Notes under the pieces: model-generated
Database searches by the model: none
Told to the model about the DNA's origin: nothing
What the model saw: only the letters and a program-made list of their open reading frames with translations
Assembly: GCF_009831105.1 (NCBI RefSeq)
Contig: NZ_WUUQ01000004.1
Span: 30,001 to 62,000 of the forward strand
DNA: 32,000 bases
Reading direction: 5' to 3'
From: Copranaerobaculum intestinale
GTDB lineage: Bacteria; Bacillota_I; Bacilli_A; Erysipelotrichales; Erysipelotrichaceae
Shown: piece after piece, positions 27,610-32,000 of the stretch
How positions within the stretch are numbered: position 1 is the stretch's first letter
How the letters are laid out: every line of letters starts with the position of its first letter
Made by a program: the position numbers and the translations under genes

Positions 27610-27636
27610 GACACAGTTAATAATTGTGTCTTGAAT
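27604..27636. promoter_or_regulatory. operator: perfect 12-bp inverted repeat ATTCAAGACACA-N9-TGTGTCTTGAAT
   Basis: Read directly from the sequence. It sits between the divergent xre and late-activator promoters and overlaps the xre -35. Confidence 0.7.
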
Positions 27637-27639
27637 GGG

Positions 27640-27669
27640 TTGACATATTAGAACTGTCAGGAGTAAGAT
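27640..27669 (+). promoter_or_regulatory. promoter candidate (TTGACA-18-TAAGAT) for the late-activator/lysin operon
   Basis: TTGACA at 27640-27645 lies 3 nt downstream of the operator; TAAGAT is at 27664-27669. Confidence 0.5.
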
Positions 27670-27764
27670 GTGATTGCCAGATAAGATATGGGAAGAAAAT
27701 TCTGCGGGGGATTTTTCTTTCTCGACAATGTGTCTTATTTGGGAAACGCAGGGAGAGATGCAGA

Positions 27765-28139
27765 ATGTTGAATGAACAAATTAAACGGCTTCGCTATCGA
27801 CTATATCTTTATGGATCTTATCAACAAGAATACCAAAAAAAGCAGCGGGAACTACATGAGAAACCTAGTGTTGATCAGGAACAATACTTGCTATATTTAA
27901 GAGAATGCATTATGAATACACATATAGAAGAAGCTCTTATGCTTTTAGATGAACAGGAGCTTTCTTTGATTGAGCAACGCTTTATTCACAATTATACATT
28001 TGAGAAGATGTCAATGATTTATACGATGAAGGAAGGCATTCGCAGAGATAAATCGCAAATTTATGATGATGTAGAAAAAGCTTTGAAGCATCTGTTGACG
28101 ATATTAGCTAAAATAGAACTTCCAACACGTTGGTCTTGA
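27765..28139 (+). CDS. ArpU/RinA-like late transcriptional activator (sigma-70 region-4-like HTH)
   Basis: 124 aa. LDEQELSLIEQRFIHNYTFEKMSMIYTMKEGIRRDKSQIYDDVEKAL resembles a sigma region 4 / ArpU HTH. RBS gggagag precedes ATG 27765. The ORF-track start 27624 would run through the operator and promoter. Confidence 0.5.
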   Translation: MLNEQIKRLRYRLYLYGSYQQEYQKKQRELHEKPSVDQEQYLLYLRECIMNTHIEEALMLLDEQELSLIEQRFIHNYTFEKMSMIYTMKEGIRRDKSQIYDDVEKALKHLLTILAKIELPTRWS

Positions 28140-28183
28140 ATAATGGCTATGATTTGGAAAAAGGAAGGTTAGGTTGTGGAACT

Positions 28184-28540
28184 ATGAAAGAGCAGTTGAA
28201 ACTGATGGGACTGGATGATTCACAAATTCATGGCGTTATGGCCTTGATTACACAGAAAATGATAACTAGGCATCGATTTAATCAAGTGAATGAAAGGCGT
28301 AAGAATGCAGAGCTTCGTGTCGTTTTTCTGAAAGAAAGAATTCAAGAACTGGAACGAGAAGCCGAACGGTACAGTATGCTGAAGCAGGAACTGCATATTT
28401 TGGAGAATGCTGTAAAGGTTCGCAAAGAACAGTCAGAACGAGAGCAGCAAAAGCTTATGTTGAATTTGATGAATCAGTGTATTCAGGATGAAATGTTGAA
28501 ACAAAAAATTAAAACATGCATGTATGAGGAGGACAAATAA
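28184..28540 (+). CDS. coiled-coil protein of unknown function
   Basis: 118 aa. The N-terminus LKLMGLDDSQIHGVMALI is followed by a heptad-rich, E/K/Q-rich helix. Its stop overlaps the endolysin ATG (TAATG). The start is uncertain: TTG 28130 is an alternative. Confidence 0.45.
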   Translation: MKEQLKLMGLDDSQIHGVMALITQKMITRHRFNQVNERRKNAELRVVFLKERIQELEREAERYSMLKQELHILENAVKVRKEQSEREQQKLMLNLMNQCIQDEMLKQKIKTCMYEEDK

Positions 28541-29544
28541 TGATTCGGGGAATTGATGTATCACAGCATAACGGTGAATTGGATGTAGCGAAAATAAAGC
28601 AGAGTGGAGTTTCGTTTATCATCATTCGTACCAGTTATGGGATGTATTATGAAGACCAACAGTTTCGCAGGACTGTGGCTAAATGTGAAGTACAGAAGAT
28701 GCCATATGGATTTTACCATTATAGCTATGCCCGGAATTTAAAAGAGGCAGAACAGGAAGTAGCAGGTATGCTTGCCAGCATTGCTGGAAAGCATCCATCA
28801 TATCCAGTCTATATCGATATGGAGGACAGTGATTACTGGAAGAAAAATAATGGTAACCCATCCAATGAAGTATATCAGGAAATTTGTGAATATTTCTGTA
28901 AACGGGTAGAAGAGGCAGGCTATTATGCGGGAATATATGCAAATCTGGACTGGCTTAAAAACCGTCTGCGATCTCCCCGATTGGATCGTTTTGATAAGTG
29001 GGTGGCACAGTGGTCAGCCGCCTGTACTTATGATCTTCCCTATGGTATGTGGCAGTACAGCAGTAATGGCAAGGTCAACGGAAGTAGTCTCAGAACTGAT
29101 ATGAACTATGCGCTGATAGACTATCCTTCGCTGATCCATCCACTTCAAAAAGAAGAAACTTATTTAAAGATCGGTGATATGGTAAACGTTATCGTTAATC
29201 GATCCTATGATGGAGTCCCGTTGATAGAAGCTGTTCTGCATCATACCTATCCAGTGATTGAGATTGGGAATGACCGAGTAGTACTGGGTGGCGGGTTGAA
29301 TACTGCTTTTCATATTCATGATATCTGCAAACAGGATACATCACCCACGCTGTCTAATCAAATCCGAGTAACAGATCGGGTAAGAGTTGTGGAGGGTGCC
29401 TTAGATATTGAAGGTAAAGCGCTGGCGTCCTTTGTCTATCAGCAGATTTATGAAGTAATGGAAATATCTGGTGATCGAGTAGTCATCGGTCAAAATGGAA
29501 TGGTTACAGCTGCTGTACACATGCGTGATTTGCGGGTTTCCTAA
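28540..29544 (+). CDS. GH25 muramidase endolysin with two C-terminal SH3-like wall-binding repeats
   Basis: GIDVSQHNGELDVAKIKQSGVSFIIIRTSYG and YIDMEDSD are GH25 hallmarks. Two repeats of about 60 aa occupy nt 29158-29541 (..YPVIEIGNDRVVLGGG..AFHIHDI / ..YEVMEISGDRVVIGQNG..AVHMRDL). There is no signal peptide. Confidence 0.85.
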   Translation: MIRGIDVSQHNGELDVAKIKQSGVSFIIIRTSYGMYYEDQQFRRTVAKCEVQKMPYGFYHYSYARNLKEAEQEVAGMLASIAGKHPSYPVYIDMEDSDYWKKNNGNPSNEVYQEICEYFCKRVEEAGYYAGIYANLDWLKNRLRSPRLDRFDKWVAQWSAACTYDLPYGMWQYSSNGKVNGSSLRTDMNYALIDYPSLIHPLQKEETYLKIGDMVNVIVNRSYDGVPLIEAVLHHTYPVIEIGNDRVVLGGGLNTAFHIHDICKQDTSPTLSNQIRVTDRVRVVEGALDIEGKALASFVYQQIYEVMEISGDRVVIGQNGMVTAAVHMRDLRVS

Positions 29545-29556
29545 GGAAACCCTTTT
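29534..29556 (+). terminator. intrinsic terminator whose loop is the endolysin stop codon
   Basis: GGGTTTCC-taa-GGAAACCC followed by tttt. Confidence 0.7.
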
Positions 29557-29612
29557 ACTTTCTTACAAAAAATCCTTATAATAATAACAAGATAAAAAAT
29601 GAGGAGAAAGAT

Positions 29613-30233
29613 ATGGCAAGAGTACATGATCAGAGTTTAGGCATTTTAGAAAATAAATATCTGTCACAGCTTCATAAACCGCTTGTTATTGTAATTGATA
29701 TGGTTAAAGGCTTTGTCTATGAGGGAGCTCTGCATGATGCGGCGATTGCAGACATTGCCGCACCGATTCGTCAGCTGCTGGACAGCGGTGTCAGCCGGAT
29801 TTTCTTTGCAGATTGTCACACGGATAGCGCAGTAGAATTTGCTAGTTATCCAAAGCATTGTGTTAAAGGTACTTCAGAAAGTGAGATTATTGAGGAATTG
29901 AAGCCGTATGCTGAAAGAATCCTTGAAAAAAACAGCACCAATGGTTTTATCAGTGATGGATGGCAGGATTTTCTAAAAGACTCGCTCTCTGACTATGAAG
30001 ATATCATCGTGACCGGCTGCTGTACGGATATATGTGTTATGCAGTTTGCTTTATGTATGCGTACATGGTTAAACGATCAAAACCGCAGCGGACGTGTGAT
30101 CATACCGGTGGATATGGTGGATACCTATCATATTGATGATATACATGATGTAAATGCATGCAACCTATTTGCTTTGAATAATATGAAAATGAACGGCATT
30201 GAGCTTTGTAAAACCGTAGAAAAGGGGTTATAA
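29613..30233 (+). CDS. pncA: nicotinamidase (isochorismatase-family cysteine hydrolase)
   Basis: Catalytic Asp in VIDMVKGF, the metal/His context DCHTD...YPKHCVKGT, and the nucleophile Cys in GCCTDICV. It lies directly upstream of pncB. Confidence 0.8.
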   Translation: MARVHDQSLGILENKYLSQLHKPLVIVIDMVKGFVYEGALHDAAIADIAAPIRQLLDSGVSRIFFADCHTDSAVEFASYPKHCVKGTSESEIIEELKPYAERILEKNSTNGFISDGWQDFLKDSLSDYEDIIVTGCCTDICVMQFALCMRTWLNDQNRSGRVIIPVDMVDTYHIDDIHDVNACNLFALNNMKMNGIELCKTVEKGL

Positions 30234-30235
30234 AG

Positions 30236-31717
30236 ATGGAAGGGCTTGATTATAAATTTGATTTTCGGGATGAACGAAATTTATCACTGGTAATGGATTT
30301 CTATGAATTGACCATGAGCCAATGTTATTTCAACAGTGAAGCAAAGGACCGGGTTGCGGTTTTTGATTTGTTTTACCGCCGTAATCCGGACAACGGAGGT
30401 TTCTCGATCTTTGCAGGACTGGAGGAAGTGATCGGCTATATTCAAAATCTTCATTTCACAGATGATGATATTGCTTATCTGGACTCGCTTCATAAATTTT
30501 CACAACCCTTTTTAGGTTATTTAAGACATTTCATTTTTGCCGGTGATATCTATGCGATTCCTGAAGGAACTCCGGTTTTTCCATATGAGCCATTAGTTCG
30601 GGTAAAGGCAAATATCATTGAAGCACAGCTGATCGAAACTGCTTTGCTTTTGGCAATCAATCATCAGACACTGATCGCAACGAAAGCCAATCGCATTGTA
30701 CGGGCGGCGAAAGGACGGGCTGTAATGGAATTTGGAGCCCGCCGCGCCCATAATTTTGATGCGGCGACATACGGTGCGCGAGCTGCATTTATCGGCGGAG
30801 TGACCGGTACCGCTACGACCTATGCCGGTGAAAAATTTGATATACCCGCCCTGGGAACAATGGCACATTCCTTTGTACAGTCATTCGACAGTGAATATGA
30901 AGCATTTAAATGCTATGCGGAAACCTATCCAAATAGCTGTACGGTGCTGTTAGATACTTACGATACATTAAAGAGCGGTCTGCCAAACGCGGTTCGTGTT
31001 GCTAAGGAGGTGCTGGAGCCTGCCGGTCATCGCTTAGCCGGTGTGCGCATTGACAGCGGTGATATTGCGTATCTGTCTAAAAAAATTCGCAAAGTGCTGG
31101 ATGAAGCCGATATGCAGGACTGCGGAATTGTCGCGAGTAATTCGTTCGATGAATATATTATCAAAAGTCTGATTGAACAAGGTGCTCAGATCAATTCCTT
31201 TGGTGTAGGAGAAAATATGATTTGTTCCCGCTCAACGCCGGTCTTCGGCGGTGTCTATAAAATGAGCGCACTGTTCGACGGTGATCAGGTCATTCCAAAG
31301 ATCAAGGTCAGTGAAAATGTTGAAAAGCTGACAAATCCAGGATTTAAAAACCTATATCGCATCTATGATAAAGAAAGCGGAAAAGCTTTAGCCGATCTGA
31401 TGACATTAGCGGATGAGGTTCTAAATGAGGATGAGGATCTAACTATCTATCATCCGATGAATACCTGGAAGCATAAGACTTTGGAAAAAGGAACCTATGA
31501 AATACGTGATCTGTTGGTTCCGATAATTCTGAATGGTCAGTTGGTTTACGAGGCTCCAAAGCTCAGTGAAATTCGCGATTATGCAAAAGCACAATTGGAT
31601 ACCCTATGGGATGAGATATTCCGCTTTGAATATCCGCAGACGTATTATGTGGATCTCAGTAAAAAACTGTTGGATCTGAAGCTTCGTATGCTGGGAGATG
31701 TACGTACACATGAATAA
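30236..31717 (+). CDS. pncB: nicotinate phosphoribosyltransferase
   Basis: 493 aa with NAPRTase motifs (MDFYELTMSQCYF; MEFGARRAH; GTMAHSFVQSF; VRIDSGD). Confidence 0.9.
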   Translation: MEGLDYKFDFRDERNLSLVMDFYELTMSQCYFNSEAKDRVAVFDLFYRRNPDNGGFSIFAGLEEVIGYIQNLHFTDDDIAYLDSLHKFSQPFLGYLRHFIFAGDIYAIPEGTPVFPYEPLVRVKANIIEAQLIETALLLAINHQTLIATKANRIVRAAKGRAVMEFGARRAHNFDAATYGARAAFIGGVTGTATTYAGEKFDIPALGTMAHSFVQSFDSEYEAFKCYAETYPNSCTVLLDTYDTLKSGLPNAVRVAKEVLEPAGHRLAGVRIDSGDIAYLSKKIRKVLDEADMQDCGIVASNSFDEYIIKSLIEQGAQINSFGVGENMICSRSTPVFGGVYKMSALFDGDQVIPKIKVSENVEKLTNPGFKNLYRIYDKESGKALADLMTLADEVLNEDEDLTIYHPMNTWKHKTLEKGTYEIRDLLVPIILNGQLVYEAPKLSEIRDYAKAQLDTLWDEIFRFEYPQTYYVDLSKKLLDLKLRMLGDVRTHE

Positions 31718-32000
31718 ACGAAAAATAAATGTAAAATTGCTATATCTGATCGTTCTCGTAATTTATATATTGACCCTGCTGTACAGCTTTGCTACCGGCT
31801 TTTTCGAACAGAATTGGAATCGCGTCGGGATGACCGTCGTGTCAGTGCTTTGTTTGCTTATTATTCCTGTGGTTTTCAAGATATTTCGCTGGAAACCGGT
31901 TTATGAGATTTATGTATTAGGAACCTGCTTCATGTATTTTGCCTCTTTGATCGGCAGTTGTCTGGGTGGCTATTCGGTTCGTTATTTTGACAAGGTTGTG
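31710..32000 (+). CDS. membrane protein, 5' part (the CDS runs off the window end)
   Basis: ATG 31710 overlaps the pncB stop and the frame stays open for 97 codons to nt 32000. It has three hydrophobic helices. It is absent from the ORF track because there is no stop within the window. Confidence 0.5.
   Translation, partial: MNKRKINVKLLYLIVLVIYILTLLYSFATGFFEQNWNRVGMTVVSVLCLLIIPVVFKIFRWKPVYEIYVLGTCFMYFASLIGSCLGGYSVRYFDKVV

Larger units (their letters stand above)
15125..29544. mobile_element. phage-derived island: a head-less siphovirus-type tail module plus holin, then feoAB, then an ImmA/XRE switch, late activator and endolysin
   Basis: Gene content is listed in the entries below. No integrase, excisionase, replication, terminase, portal, protease or capsid ORF appears in any frame of the window, and I saw no flanking direct repeats by eye. 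Confidence 0.6.

Noticed and set aside
27604-27636. The idea that the TGTCTTGA-containing palindrome is a NAD-regulon (NiaR-type) operator, because pncA/pncB and nadE are nearby
   Set aside because: The motif is absent from the pncA (29545-29612) and nadE (6638-6785) upstream regions. Its position between xre and the phage activator points to the XRE repressor, and I cannot recall the NiaR consensus reliably.
27624-27764. Long N-terminal extension of the late-activator ORF (ORF-track start 27624)
   Set aside because: The extension would begin inside the operator and run through the promoter. It uses a non-ATG start and translates to Cys/Arg-rich junk. ATG 27765 has a good RBS.

Overview
This window looks like a low-GC Bacillota chromosome, possibly an Erysipelotrichales or Clostridia gut anaerobe, though that taxon is a guess. 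Coding density is high and I saw no rRNA, tRNA or CRISPR. The left third (1-14.9 kb) is core or accessory metabolism: a stand-alone PTS EIIA, a CBS-domain family II pyrophosphatase, a secreted C69 dipeptidase with a wall-sorting-like tail, a ku-ligD NHEJ operon, a two-domain NadE, a four-gene ABC importer operon ending in a wHTH-LicC-like nucleotidyltransferase, and gdhA. From 15.1 to 24.2 kb lies an intact, tightly packed, non-contractile (siphovirus-type) tail gene set plus a holin. It has no terminase, portal, capsid, integrase or replication genes, so I read it as a candidate F-type tailocin or domesticated tail module. It is separated by feoAB from a second phage-derived block at 26.8-29.5 kb. 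That block holds an ImmA/XRE switch with a clear 12-N9-12 operator, an ArpU/RinA-like late activator, a coiled-coil protein and a GH25 endolysin. The window ends with pncA-pncB (NAD salvage) and a partial membrane protein. All functional calls come from reading motifs by eye; no database search was possible.
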